A DNA stretch of 64,000 bases, taken from contig OX597815.1 in NCBI GenBank assembly GCA_951406725.2, positions 196,416,001 to 196,480,000 of the forward strand, given 5' to 3'. The notes beneath the pieces are model-generated. The model saw only the letters and a program-made list of their open reading frames with translations, was not told the DNA's origin and ran no database searches. The translations under genes were made by a program, and so were the position numbers. Source of the stretch: Octopus vulgaris (taxonomy: Eukaryota). Each line of letters begins with the position of its first letter. Positions within the stretch are counted from its first letter, which is position 1. Below are positions 27,447 through 39,982 of the stretch, in pieces.

Positions 27447-28464
27447 GAGAACAATAACAATAATAATAGTATATTAATCAAAAGTGTCTAAATTTTCTCT
27501 TTAAAATGTAAAATTTAGGAAGCGTTATCAAAATTCTGCCGAGTTTTATATAATTGGTTATTGTGGCATTAACAATGTTTGCCTAGGAGCAATGCCAATG
27601 AAAATAATAATAGAGACATTCGATGTTTGAAGATTTTGAAATCAGCTTTCATGGTAGATGTATCATAGTATTATTTTCATCTTTTATGTTAAAATTCAAA
27701 ACTAATTTCATTATTAGAAACGTTTGTTTTACAAAGAACAAAACATACATAAGAAAATTATTAGAATTTTCGAAGTATATCTTCAATTCTTGTTAATCAT
27801 CAAACTGAGTCTGTGAAAGCCTGTTATCTAATGATAATTGAAATAGAACAATTTCATTTGTAACCATATTGTAAAAATCCAAAATACATTTTCCTGTATG
27901 GGGAAAAATATAAAATTACAAACATTTCATGTAAATGTTTTCACATATCTGAAACAATGTTCTGTGCTCCTAACATAATAACTATTGCTTGACAGTTTTC
28001 CTCGTCTACTGGAAAAAATATCATGTTAAATAAAAACAACAAAAACAAATTACATTGAACAAATTGAAAATGATTACAAAAAATACAAAACATTATTAAA
28101 AAAAAAACATATTTGCGTGGCAGCAGCATCAAGCGGTTCAGCTACCAATCATTTGTTTGTACTTTGCTGATGGCGTTTTCTTTCAGATGAAACATTGCAT
28201 ATTTAGTTAATCCTCTTTAAAAAAAATATTGAAACGGGAAAAATGTTATATTGATACAATAAATAAATTTGAAACAAAACAATTAGACAAGCACATGAAA
28301 ATAAATAATAGAAAAAACTTAATGCAAGTTAATTAATGACATCTATCAGTAATTAACATTTTCCAGCGTTTTGGTTTTGGAACAGATTTTGCAGCTTCAA
28401 AGTGTTCTCAAAACAAGCTTCATCATGTGTCAAGATTTTTTTCTAATTTTATTTATCTGATATA

Positions 28465-28533
28465 ATACATATATACATACATGCATATATATATATATAT
28501 CACGAGATCACGGGATATGTATATATACATACT

Positions 28534-28574
<41 letters not shown>

Positions 28575-28666
28575 GTATATATATGTATTTATATATATAC
28601 ATATATGTATATAGATATATATATATATGTACGTATCTATATATATGTGTATATGAATATATATAA

Positions 28667-28711
<45 letters not shown>

Positions 28712-28918
28712 GTAATATATATATATATATATTATATATATATTATATATATATTATTTATATATATATTATATCTATGTATATATATATATATATATGT
28801 ATATCTACATATATATGTATGCATGTATATAAATATAATTATATATATGTACATATATATACATATATATACACACATATATATGCATATAAATATACTT
28901 ATATGTATATGTATATAC
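28465..28918. repeat. Complex (TA)n microsatellite
   Basis: Direct reading. Confidence 0.95.
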
Positions 28919-29921
28919 GCAGCTTGTAGAAATTCAAAAGATATGTTTGAAATATTTTGTCTATTCTTGTTTTTTATGTAAGTCAGAGCAAATTGTTAAT
29001 TGAAAAATATAGTTTTTGATGTTTCTAAATTTGAGATGAATACAAAATAAATTGTTGTTGTATAATAAATGCATAATTATTTCGCTGAAGCAATTTCTCA
29101 AGATTTCTTTTCTATGCTTTGTCTACCCTGAGTTGTGTTAACAAGAATACCGCTGTGTGAGGATGTCAACGCAATGACTGATTTAATCGTAGTTGATGAC
29201 ATATCAAAATCAATTCGATGTTTCTGACGATCCACCACGAAATTCATGTAATTGAGAGGCAACAGTATAATGCCTTTTATTACTTATTGGTTAAACGTTT
29301 CTTTTTGTATCTGTCATTACAATTAATATGAAAGAATTTCACGAACTACATTCATTTCGCAGCAAATAAAATCAAGTGTTATTGGCAAGGAGAAACAATA
29401 AACATTCCTGACAAATCTTACAAATAACTGGAATATTACAACATTTATTTTGTAGTGGGAAGTGCATTTCAAAACATATTTCTGATATTCATCTTAGAGA
29501 AGAGAATATTAATAAATACAAATTTAGAACTTATTAATCCAAATTATCTCTGCTCGTTTGTTGGTACAGTGTACCTAAAGCTTATTCGCATCTCTCCCTC
29601 TGTAGATACTACTTCACAGAAACTGTATAATCTATGTATATATAATCCGATTGCAATTTTGCTATAAATACAACAATGTAGTAGAATATTAGAGATTGAA
29701 AAGTGTAATTATTTCTCTTTAATTTACAGTGAATTTAGAGTTTCTCTTTCAATTCACGTGTGATGTTTAAGTCAGAGGAATTGAACTAATTATAGTGGTT
29801 TAATGACACCCATTCTGTTTCCTAATGTTTTCGTTCTTGGACAAGTGGATGCAAATCAAAACATCATATATAGTGACAAGTTGGAAGGAAATAAATCATC
29901 TGTGAATTACATTATAAGAAA

Positions 29922-30108
29922 TACAAGGTGTGCTGAAAAGTTCCTGGTTTGGGGTAAAAGAATATACAGGAGAGTCAGTCAATTATGATTTTATTCAACA
30001 TTTATTTCAGCAGTTCTTCAATTGTTTACAAGAATTCGGAAGTTTATGCCTTCACCCAGGCCTTTCGCGACACGCTTAAAGTCAAGAACTTTTCAGCACA
30101 GCCTCGTA
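29922..30108. mobile_element. Tc1/mariner-type MITE
   Basis: TIRs tacaaggtgtgctgaaaagttcctgg / tcaagaacttttcagcacagcctcgta with TA ends; related fragment near 51795-51875. Confidence 0.7.
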
Positions 30109-31038
30109 ATTGGCAAAATATCTCTTCAGAAACTACGGTTCATTTTGACGTGAAATCTATCTCCTATTTTCCGTTGTAATCAAAAGCTATTGCAACTTAA
30201 AAACATAAACCACAGACAATGCATCTGTCATGAAACATTTCTGAATGAGAAATGAAACTACTCCACCATTACAGCTACATTAGACATTCCTCCTTACTCG
30301 AACGTCAATATTAAGCAATGTTGGTGACGCAAACACATATTACTTGCAATAAGCTGGTTTAGATATTAATTTAGACATTTTAGTTATATTAATTTCTTGT
30401 CGCTATTCAGGTTATTTTAAGTGTTATACTATGCATTTTCAATTTACTATAAATTATAGCACCATACTCAAGTCAGAAGGAATGCTGCACGCATATTGTT
30501 ATATCATACACTTCATAACTCAAACCTATTGACAGCCTGAAAGAACCATTAAGGTATGTGAGAAATATTTCTGAATCAATTACATATATGTGGTTTCTTA
30601 CAAACTCTGGTTCACAATAACAGGCTTATTCAGAAGTTGATACGTAATGAAGACATAGAAATGTTACGTAAAATGATTTGTAATTTTTTTTTCATACCAT
30701 TCTACCTTGAAAGTCTCTTATTGGAATATGTTAGATTGAAATAAAATAAATTTCCTCAATATTGATCGATTAGCTATCACAAGAAGACTAGAATGACTGA
30801 CTGTATATTTAAAGCAAGTATAGCGAAATATATGAAATATTTTTGTTGGTTAATGAACAAATTTTCAATTTTTGGTTTATTATACTGTAAGTCGGAGTAA
30901 ATTCAGAATGGATATTACTGTATCTACGCTATTTGATGAATTAAGACGAGTAATATTTTAGCTGATATTCCAAAGCTAACATTTTCACATATACATTCGT
31001 ATATGTGAACATACATATGCACATACTCACATACACAC

Positions 31039-31095
<57 letters not shown>

Positions 31096-31097
<2 letters not shown>

Positions 31098-31287
31098 GGT
31101 CCCGGTTTGAGTCGGGGTTAACCACAGTAAATACGGTACTCAATACATAGCAGAGTAAATTAATTTATTTTATAGAAGGAGCTTCTACAGGGCTAGAACT
31201 GTTTCATTCAAAAGAAATCATCAGGCTTCCTGATGATTTCTTTTGAATGAAACAGTTCTAGTCCTGTAGAAGCTCCTTCTATAAAAT

Positions 31288-31290
<3 letters not shown>
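31096..31290. mobile_element. Fold-back mini element with 62-bp arms and an HHR
   Basis: 31164-31225 / 31229-31290 inverted, one G.T difference; (TA)n on both sides. Confidence 0.8.
31225..31273 (+). ncRNA. Type I hammerhead motif
   Basis: gcttc-CTGATGA-t-ttc(tttt)gaa-t-GAAA-cag(ttctagtc)ctg-TA-gaagc; GUA cleavage triplet ends at 31268. Confidence 0.7.
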
Positions 31291-31332
<42 letters not shown>

Positions 31333-31539
31333 GTACATCCGCACATACATACATACATACATACATACATACATACATACATACATACAAGCAGATATAC
31401 AGAAGATGGGGGTTTAGTTCTCTTGTGATCTAAACGAATAGGTACGCTGGGTAAGGGGTGTAACGGATTATCAGGTTTCCAAGAACGTAACTGAGACGGG
31501 AACTATGGATCCATTTTAGGTTTCTGATTTAGCAGATAT

Positions 31540-32272
31540 ATATTTATGAAAGAGGTTAAGGAACACCGAGGCATAAGAAACATCTGAAGTCAAATATATT
31601 ATTATGCATTATTCTTACATTAGTTGAGATCTTACAGATATTTCTGGGATATTCCAAGTGATAGGTGAGTATGCCTGAATATGGGACAAGTAGAAAGCAT
31701 ATGAAAGATCTAGACATGGAAAATTGGCAAATAATAAGCAATGAAACGGAAGAGTAGAGAGTAAGGAAATAAGGAAATAAAGTTCACGGTTCATTTTGCA
31801 GAGGGTATAGGTGTTAGTCCGCATGTCCTTCGGTAAAATCCAAGGTAAATGCAGGCAGTACTACGGCAAAGAATAAATAGTATATTCACAGCATAAATAT
31901 CCCGCTAATATTTTGTCAGAGATGGGAATGATATGTTCATATAGAGATGGCTGGTTTGTGCGAGAATGACCATATTTCCTAATGACTTTATTTCCTTATT
32001 CCTTTACTCCCTATTCTTCTATTCCATTGCTTATTATTTGCGAATTTTCCACATCTCGAACTTTTATCTGGATATTTCTATGTTTAGATCTTTTGTGTGC
32101 TCTCCACTTGTCTCTGATGACCGAATAACCCATATTTAGGCATACTCACCTATTATTTGGGATATCCAAGAAGCAGCTGTATCACATCAACTAACTGAAG
32201 AATAATGTTAAATGATGTATATAACTTGAGATGCTTGTTATGCCTCGGTGTTTGTTGTCCTATTTCACAAAT

Positions 32273-32275
<3 letters not shown>
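31540..32275. repeat. Old diverged inverted repeat (~250-bp arms, ~200-bp spacer), probably PLE-related
   Basis: 31540-31783 is reverse complementary to ~31986-32275 (e.g. ataggtgagtatgcct / aggcatactcacctat). Confidence 0.7.
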
Positions 32276-32335
<60 letters not shown>

Positions 32336-32402
32336 ACACTTTTCAAATTATATTTTATTTTTCCATGGGTATGAGTAAGTATTTCACTTATATCTCACAT
32401 AT

Positions 32403-32463
32403 TTATCGCTGAAGAGGGGACAATTCTTATGATTTAACCCCGAAATTGGGACCAATACGGTAA
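32403..32463 (+). ncRNA. Type I hammerhead ribozyme motif with complete core
   Basis: ttatcg-CTGAAGA-gggg(18 nt)cccc-GAAA-ttg(ggac)caa-TA-cggtaa; AUA triplet ends at 32457. Confidence 0.75.
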
Positions 32464-32638
32464 TAACGGATTTTTAGAAATGTCTATCGGTTTGTTTCGA
32501 GACGCATAAATTATAATGGTTATTGACAATTTTTTTTTTTTTTCGGCATATTCGGCATTAGAATTTTTCTTTTGCCCTTATCCTGTAAATTATATATATA
32601 TATATATATATTTCACACTTGGTGAAATTGCTCAATTG

Positions 32639-32731
<93 letters not shown>

Positions 32732-32910
32732 GAATATATATACACAGGGTACGTAAGGTATTTGAGAACATATATTTTAGGGTCAATGCTGCATTTTTGC
32801 TAACTCTAAGAAAATGATAATGACAGACCCTCAGTTACACAAGAAATGAAGAGGCATGCTGTTATTCTGGTTATAAAGGCTGTGCCTAGCGATTTAGAAA
32901 TATAAGAGGG

Positions 32911-33364
32911 AATACCGCTAAGTATTTCGCCCGGCGTGCTAATGTTTCTTATTTCTTCATTGCCCACAAAGGGCTAAACACAGAGAGGACAAACAAGGAC
33001 AGACAAACGAATTAAGTTAATTACATCGATCGCAGTGCGTAACTGGTACTTATTTAATCGGCCCCGAAAGGATGAAAGGCAAAGTCGTCCTCGGTGGATT
33101 TTGAACTCAGAACATAGCGGCAGACGAAATACCTATTTCTTTACTACCCACAAGAGACTAAACATAGAGTGGACAAACAAGGACAGACAAAGGGATTAAG
33201 ACGATTACATCGACCCTAGTGCGTAACTGGTACTTAATTTATCGACCCCAAAATGATGAAAAGTAAAGTCGACCTCGGCGGAATTTGAACTCAAAACGTA
33301 ACGGCAGACGAAATACCGCTAAGCATTACGCCCGGCGTGCTAACGCTTCTGGCAGCCCGTCGCC
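32911..33364 (-). mobile_element. SINE family W, partially dimeric
   Basis: Core and tail repeated twice; mirrors 55317-55735. Confidence 0.85.
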
Positions 33365-33539
33365 TTTTTCCAATAAGAAAAATCATAAATATTTTTCTGG
33401 TACATTTCATGAATATCTTACGCATTTTGAGTTCAAATACCAGTGGCTCGATGTTGCCTTTCCTCATTTCGAGATTTCATCTCAACGTAAATTCGGAAGA
33501 AATACATGAAACCCTTTCCACGAAGCAGTAATGAGTCTG

Positions 33540-33720
33540 CCAGTTCTCTGCCTTAATACTATTTCGTCTTTGCGCTCTGAGTTTACTTTCTCCCGAGATC
33601 GACATTTACTTTAATCCCTTGGGAGTCGATGAAGAAAGTACCAGTCAAGCACCCAGATCAAATAATCGACTAGCCTTATACCCACAAAAGTTGAAGCCAT
33701 GTATCTATAGTAGAAAGTTA
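33540..33720 (+). mobile_element. Diverged SINE W
   Basis: tttcgtctttgcgctctgagtt...gagtcgatgaagaaagtaccagtcaagcac. Confidence 0.6.
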
Positions 33721-34759
33721 TATTAAATCATAACAATTTTAAATTCTTTTAATACTGATATTCTTAGTAAATAGTAGAACATCTTATCAACAATTAACGC
33801 TTCCACATACGATTAAAATGAATTTGAATATTTCTAAAATTTCTAATTTCGAAACGTGTATTTGAAGCATTGAAAGTTTTGCAAGTGTAAAAGGAGTGTA
33901 AGCATAAAGTTTGATCTGATGGAATTCTCAGTAACACTGTAAAATATCTCTTCTGAATTGATTTGCTTCCTGTGTAAAACAGGCAATTTGTAAAGGAATA
34001 AAATTATAGTGAAATGGCGTGACTTGTGTTAGCAGCATGCATCCAAATGTATGGTTCCAACTGAAAATTGGAAATTACATTGGTACGGAATTCTTCGATT
34101 TTAATTGCCCTCACCGGATGCTTTCCGGGAATTGTTTCCTTTTTATACAATTTTCTATATGAATGGCAAGAAATATGCAATTTAAAATGCTTACTATTGA
34201 TTGAGCACTAATACTTGTCTTATGTTGATGATCACGAAATGGAAAATGTTCTTCTATTTTCTTTTAATATTCTAAATGATGCAAATTTCTTTATCGGTAA
34301 CATCATTGGTTATATGATTCATACACCCCCTTTTATTATTGATGCCGCGTTACAAGTCTGTCTGTGCAACTCAGGGCGAAGACATTTCACTAAACACTTT
34401 TACGTGATACACTTAAAAAGTCCCTCCATTTAACATCACCAAATGATCCTTCATTGACTTCATCACAGTTCACTGCATCCGACCGCGTGTACTGATTACT
34501 TTATTAAAAGGTTTTTAGATCAAATAACCAATTCTTTCGTATTCTCCTTCGATATGCTCCACATTTTGAAATAGACATACGTAAACTTATCATGAATATA
34601 AGGAAACACACGCATATATTTGCAGATACATGTGAACAGATGTTGACGCATATGTGTGTATGTGTGTGTATGCGAGCTTGTATGTGTTTGTGAAGTGTAG
34701 AAAATCGGTGGATTTTCAATGAAACACGCAATACAAAATCTTATGATATTCTTAAAGTG

Positions 34760-35914
34760 ATTTTCTCACGTACGCCCCTCAATATCCCTAACTCCTGTAT
34801 TATTGGTTCTATAGGATACTGAGTGGTCCTATATATAATAATTCATATTATTCAGCTATCCGCGGAGGCCATTCGGGATCCCGTGTGCAGGTTATATTTG
34901 CTCCCTTATGGTGCTTCTCCAACACCTTCTCCACCTTTCCGCCTCTGTAGAATAAAACAAGTAATTCATCTTCTTACGGGGACGAGGTAGGGGGACGAGG
35001 TAGTCACTTCCACCGTCGGTGGCACAATTCCCACCGAGGAAGTTCCAGGACATTCCGGTATTATGTTACCAACTGCGGGCAATGACCCGTTTCTCGTTTT
35101 CTTCCTCTTTCTTCCCTCTTAACTGAGGAAGGTTGGGTTTCCTCCGTGACCGGGAGATCCGCCTCCCTTGCCTCATCCCTCGGATCCTACGGTGAGCACC
35201 AATTGTTGCTTACCTTCTTCGTCTTGTGGCCCTTCTTTGAGGAGTCATGCGCCTTCTCGACCGCCCCCGTTCCCTCTTCTAAAGAGGTCTCAGCAAACTG
35301 CTCCAGGACCTTTCTTTGGTTCTTTTTTGCATGGCCATGTTCCAGACACCGATGACATCTGGTAGGGGTGACCCTAAAAAATCACCGGGTACTTGCTCCT
35401 AGCCATAGTTAAAAAGACTGGAAAGACTAACTCCTTTATTGATTGGGTCCACAGGGACAAAGTAACTTTTGCCCCGACCCAATCAACCACTGGTAATAAT
35501 TTAACATTAAGGAGCTTGGTGCCGCTGCCACCCAAACCCCGGCGTATAGTGTCCTCTATCCAGCCTGGCTTTAAATTCGGTGGCAACACGCAAACCCAAG
35601 CCAGCGTCAGTTTCCTCCCATAATACCTGGGAAGAAACAAAGTTTTATTGCCCTCCAGGGGTGGCTCGCAAGAATGCAAGCTTTCTCCGGAGTGTCAAAT
35701 AGCAACCAAATCGTTGCATATCCGACACCCGTGCAATAAATTTCCCACTTGGTAGATAGTCCTTCAACACTTCTTCTATTACCTCTTTAGAGAACACGGC
35801 GATGGCATGGAGACCTTCGAATATGTTCTCAATACCACCGTCTTCTCCTCTTGCTGCTTAATCCAATCTCTCGGTGGGATAAGCTCCCATTCCAAGACAT
35901 TCTTTTTCGCCATG
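34760..35914 (-). pseudogene. Decayed L1/Tx1-type ORF1 (gag-like, RRM + CCHC knuckle)
   Basis: ATG near 35914 (MAKKNVLEWELIPP); VCVLPPNLKPGWIEDTI; frameshifted KYPVIF*GHP/TRCHRCLEHGHAKKN; charged low-complexity tail. Confidence 0.65.
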
Positions 35915-36147
35915 CTTTTTTAAAAAAGTTCCTCTTAATAATAAATCTCTGAACGAGGCATAAACAGTAACTGCACGACAATGTGAGGTATATTTGCCAT
36001 CTGAATATGGCTAACCACTAAGGGTAGATGTTACTGTAGCTTGTAGCCCCAGGAGAACATCGTCTCCAGCTGGCTATTGACACATTTTCTGTGTCCTATC
36101 GGTATTCGCAAAGGAAGGTCATCCTTCCCTCGTCAACCTAAGTGATA

Positions 36148-36192
36148 CGCACGGACTGCGGTTTCTGGGTCTTGACCCGTCATCAGCGTACG
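36148..36192 (-). ncRNA. Type I hammerhead ribozyme motif, core nucleotides intact
   Basis: Minus strand cgtacg-CTGATGA-c-gggt(caag)accc-a-GAAAC-cgca-GTC-cgtgcg. Confidence 0.85.
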
Positions 36193-36263
36193 ACAATCAC
36201 CGGTTTTCGATGAAAGGATTTCCCAATGCAAATATTAATATCCTTTTTCCAAGTGGTGATTGT

Positions 36264-36308
36264 CGTACGCTGATGACGGGTCAAAACCCAGAAACTGCAG
36301 TCCGTGCG
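36264..36308 (+). ncRNA. Type I hammerhead ribozyme motif, core nucleotides intact, palindromic stem III
   Basis: cgtacg-CTGATGA-c-gggt(caaa)accc-a-GAAAC-tgca-GTC-cgtgcg; stem I extends as gtgat/atcac past an internal loop. Confidence 0.85.
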
Positions 36309-36350
36309 TATCACTTAGCCATATTGAGATGGCAAATATACCTCACATTT

Positions 36351-37335
36351 CTCTTAATAATTCAACAAAAATTATGAAAAATAAAGAATTAAAAATAAAA
36401 TTAAAAAACAGTTAGAAAGGAGACAAGAGAAAAAACAAAGTCAGAAAAAATAAGAAGGAATAAAAAAAAAACAGTTCAGCACGACGACAGTTCTTTGCAC
36501 TGTTCTAGTTCAAATCACTTCAACAGCTTCTTCAAAAGATTAAATTCTGGCCAACCAGTACACTTGGCCCTTGTATTTTCAAAAACAGGAACTCCAGTTG
36601 AGTCGCGAACACGGTAGCAGAAACAAAAGAATAATCTACCATTAAATGGTAAATACACAAAGAAAATGTGTTCTTCCACTGCAGCAAAAGCAATTCTATA
36701 GTTTATGGAGGCAGAGAATCCGCCCACCAAAACAATTCACTCAAAAGTGAACAATGACATTCTTTTACCCTATGCAGTTTTTTTTTCTAAAAACGTTCTC
36801 TTAGTAGTTCAACAAAAATTCCAACAAAAATTATGAAAAGTCAAAAATTAAAAACAAAATCCAAAAAATAAAAGTTAGAAAGAAGATAAGAGAGAAAAAC
36901 ATAAAGACAGAAAGGGAGAAGGAATAAAAAAAAACACACTTCGGCACAATGACAGTTCTTTGCACTGTGCTAGTTCATATCACTGCAACAGCTACTTCAA
37001 AAAAATTTTGCGGCCAACCGGTACTCCTGTCCCTTGTATTTTCTAAAAACGTTACTCCAGTTGAGTCGGGAACACGTTAGTAGGAAGAAAAAGTAATTTA
37101 CCGTTAAATGGTAAATACAAAACGAAGAAATATTTTTCACAGCAGCAAAAGAAAAAGAATTCCACAGCTTATTTATTCTACAAAAAATAATACAGCAAAC
37201 AACAAACAACCACTGGACCCAAAGAACAAAAGTCATACCTTGCAATTGAGCTTCACTTAATTTGCAACACTTCAAACCTGCAAGGCCACTTCGTTCAGTG
37301 CAGAATAACACTGACAACTGCGCATGCGCGGAAGC
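36351..37335 (-). repeat. Putative 5' UTR of the ORF1 element, containing a ~450-bp tandem duplication
   Basis: 36351-36710 resembles 36798-37170; gcgcatgcgc palindrome near 37320 at the presumed 5' start. Confidence 0.55.
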
Positions 37336-37581
37336 AAACTTCTTTATTTTATCAAATTTGCCACAAGGGCAGCACACAGAGAGTAATGGGATGAATGATA
37401 ATGATACAAGGATGATAAGGAAGGGGGAAGAGAAAAGCGCCCGAAACCAAACTTCTTTATTTCATTAAATTTGCCACAAGGGCAGCACACAGGGAAAAGC
37501 TTGCGGACTGGACACAGGCATTAATGGTATGAATGAGGATGATACAAGGATGATAAAGATGGGAGAAGACCAAAAGCGCCT
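37336..37581 (-). repeat. Duplicated 3'-end-like segment with AATAAA (2 copies)
   Basis: aaacttctttatt...gatacaaggatgataa...aaaagcgcc at 37336-37441 and 37449-37580. Confidence 0.7.
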
Positions 37582-37629
37582 CTTTTTTTGCCACACAGAC
37601 ACCCAATTAATATTTGAAGTAATACCATA

Positions 37630-37750
37630 AGTGCACAGAAAGTGTGTCTAACGCCAGCTGGAGACGATGATCTCCTGGGGCTAAAAGCTACAGTAACACC
37701 CACCCTTAGTGGTTAGCCATATTGAGATGGCTAGTATACTTTACGTTGTT
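37630..37750 (+). mobile_element. Fragment of the retrozyme-like family (no HHR in this part)
   Basis: ccagctggagacgatgatctcctggggctaaaagctacagtaacacccacccttagtggttagccatattgagatggctagta matches 185-280. Confidence 0.8.
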
Positions 37751-38339
37751 ACTTTATGTTTTAGAGTTATTGAGCATTACAGTCAGTTTAAATAACTGAC
37801 ATAATTTGGGTAAGATATTTGAGAGACACTTAGTTGTGGTACCATGTAAGTCCTCGCATCCTGGCTCTTTATGCATGATTATACCAGGAGCATAAATGTT
37901 CAACGACCAGACATCACGACCTTCTCCATGTACAATAATTTTATTCTTTACTTTCTTGGATTGGCACGTTACGAGTTATGATACGAGATGTGAGACTCAC
38001 TAATCAAGCAAAATATTTCATATTTTGCAGAGAAGGGTGAACATATGTTGTGACATTCATGCCTTGTAGATAACCCTTAATTTTCAATTCAAAGTATGAT
38101 CAATTTTTTAAAATATAGACACACTCTCAAAAACATACTTATGTATATATAAAGATAGGCATACATGTGTCCATATATACCTATGAATATATATGGGTAT
38201 ATACTTTTAATATGTATCTTGCAGATTCTCTGCAATGCATAGTCAGTAAGGTATGTGCAACCCCGGATGTTTTCGAGGCTTTAAGCATCCGAACCACTCA
38301 CCCAGTTGAAAAGGCTAAGGTCGATCAAGCACTAGCATG

Positions 38340-38505
38340 GGATCTTTTCCTTTTGATGGACGGAATTTCTAGTTAACTAGACAATTTGAAACTTCGTATA
38401 CTGGTAGAATGTGTCAAAAGAAAACGTTATTTTCACTTGGCTTTTTTGAGAAAATTGTAATTTGTAAGTTTAACGTAGTTTAATTCTTCGAATTTTAACT
38501 AATGA
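38340..38505. mobile_element. Diverged fragment related to the GGATC-TIR MITE
   Basis: gggatcttttc...aaacttcgtatactggtagaatgtgt shared with 47482-47600. Confidence 0.55.
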
Positions 38506-38564
38506 ATTGCCAGCACCCACTTTGCAGCAAACCAGTTGTCGGTCGACATCATCCAAAGCCACCA

Positions 38565-38598
38565 TCTATACTTCATTGCATCAGCAGTGATACATGTT

Positions 38599-38631
<33 letters not shown>

Positions 38632-38920
38632 GTGAACGTTGTTTCAATTAGATTCCTTGAATAAAGAAATCTACTGAACAAAAGTTTATCAAACAATGCA
38701 TTGGAATGCACACCACGTGAGCACCAAATATGATGCTATCAAGCTTAATGCACTGAGGCTGGAAATAATTATTAATTAAAATAAAATCCAAGATGGCAAT
38801 AAAGAGTAATTAGCTTAATTATTTATTCTGCTCAAGAAGGTATGTAAGTGAACTTAATATTTAAATTAGTGAAAATTAATTCGAAATATAAATGGGCAAC
38901 GCTGGGTGTATCTTCTAATT
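38565..38920 (+). mobile_element. Possible HINE/Helitron-type non-autonomous element
   Basis: 5' end followed by (TG)n; 3' end gggcaacgctgggtgtatcttctaatt. Confidence 0.4.
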
Positions 38921-39494
38921 ATCGTGATGCAATGACATCTTAAAAGCGTTTCGCTGTTTCTAAAGCTCTTCAAGCGAGCTATTTAAGTAGTATTTTCACA
39001 TGAAGCCAAAGATAAATTACATTATTTGGTGATGTATCTGCACTCATATTGAAGCAAATACAGATAACATTATAGGATGGATTTCGCTCTTCTATTAAAA
39101 CCGAAGTCACGTAGAGAAACACCACCGTACGTGTTGAAGTATTGTTGGGCGCAAATATAAGTAAATAAGCTTGTAAATATACTTGTAACCTGTTAGTGTA
39201 GAGTACTGGAACACAGACCAACACGTAGAGATTAAATTACCATAGGTGTAAGTAATGTCTAACATATTCCCCGTATCAAGTTGTTCAAGCGTGGTAATAT
39301 TCATGATGTTGACGATATTGATAATGATGATGATATACGACTACAAAGAAAGCTGCTGATGATGTTGGTGATATATGGAGCTGCAGTTAGAAGAGAAAAC
39401 ATTTGAGTGAATTAGAACAGAGAAGACCTTACACACGGCAATGCATACCATCTGCAGTTCACAAGTGTCTACCATTTGTTCGAATTTATTTTCC

Positions 39495-39890
39495 GCGCAG
39501 GAGTGGCTGTGTGCTAAGTAGCTTGTTTACCAACAATATGGTTCTGCGTGGCACCTGGGGCAAGTGTCTTCTACTATAGCTTCGGGCCAACCAAAGCCTT
39601 GTGAGTGCATTTGGTAGACGGAAACTGAAAGAAGCCCGTAGTATATATGTATATATATATATGTGTGTGTGCGTCTATGTTTGTGTGTCTGTGTTTGTCC
39701 GCCTAGCATTGCTTGACAACCGATGCTGGTGTGTTTATGTCCCCGTCACTTAGCGGTTCGGCAAAAGAGACCGATAGAATAAGTACTGGGCTTACAAAGA
39801 ATAAGTCCCGGGGTCGAGCTGCTCGATTAAAGGCGGTGCTCCAGCATGGCCGCAGTCAAATGACTGAAACAAGTAAAAGAGTAAAAGAGT
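39495..39890 (+). mobile_element. SINE family X
   Basis: Near full-length match to other X copies. Confidence 0.9.
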
Positions 39891-39982
39891 ATGTATGTGA
39901 AGAAACTTTGCCGTAATAATTTGTTAAGCCAAAAAGTTGAGATGGTGCCTTATACTCCATTACGTATATTATATCAAAGAGT

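Larger units (their letters stand above)
35943..36350 (-). mobile_element. Retrozyme-like HHR element with partial inversion, 11-bp TSD
   Basis: 35943-36250 is the reverse-complement homolog of the 137-635 unit; 36255-36350 is an inverted partial copy; TSD ctcttaataat at 35932-35942 and 36351-36361. Confidence 0.8.

Noticed and set aside
8098-28666. Many ORFs rich in YI, HT, CV, N or I repeats
   Set aside because: Translations of (TA)n, (CA)n and (AAT)n microsatellites
29224-29255. CTGACGA...GAAA...GTA
   Set aside because: Stems I and II cannot pair
36010-36090. Twister-like motif (ggctacaagct) in the retrozyme unit
   Set aside because: No downstream GAG/pseudoknot partner, and the loop is taaaa in the other copies
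36105-36140. Second HHR-like string TTGACGA-gggaagg..ccttcct on the minus strand
   Set aside because: No adjacent GAAA or cleavage helix, and the core-like part is not conserved in the 137-635 copy; only a hairpin
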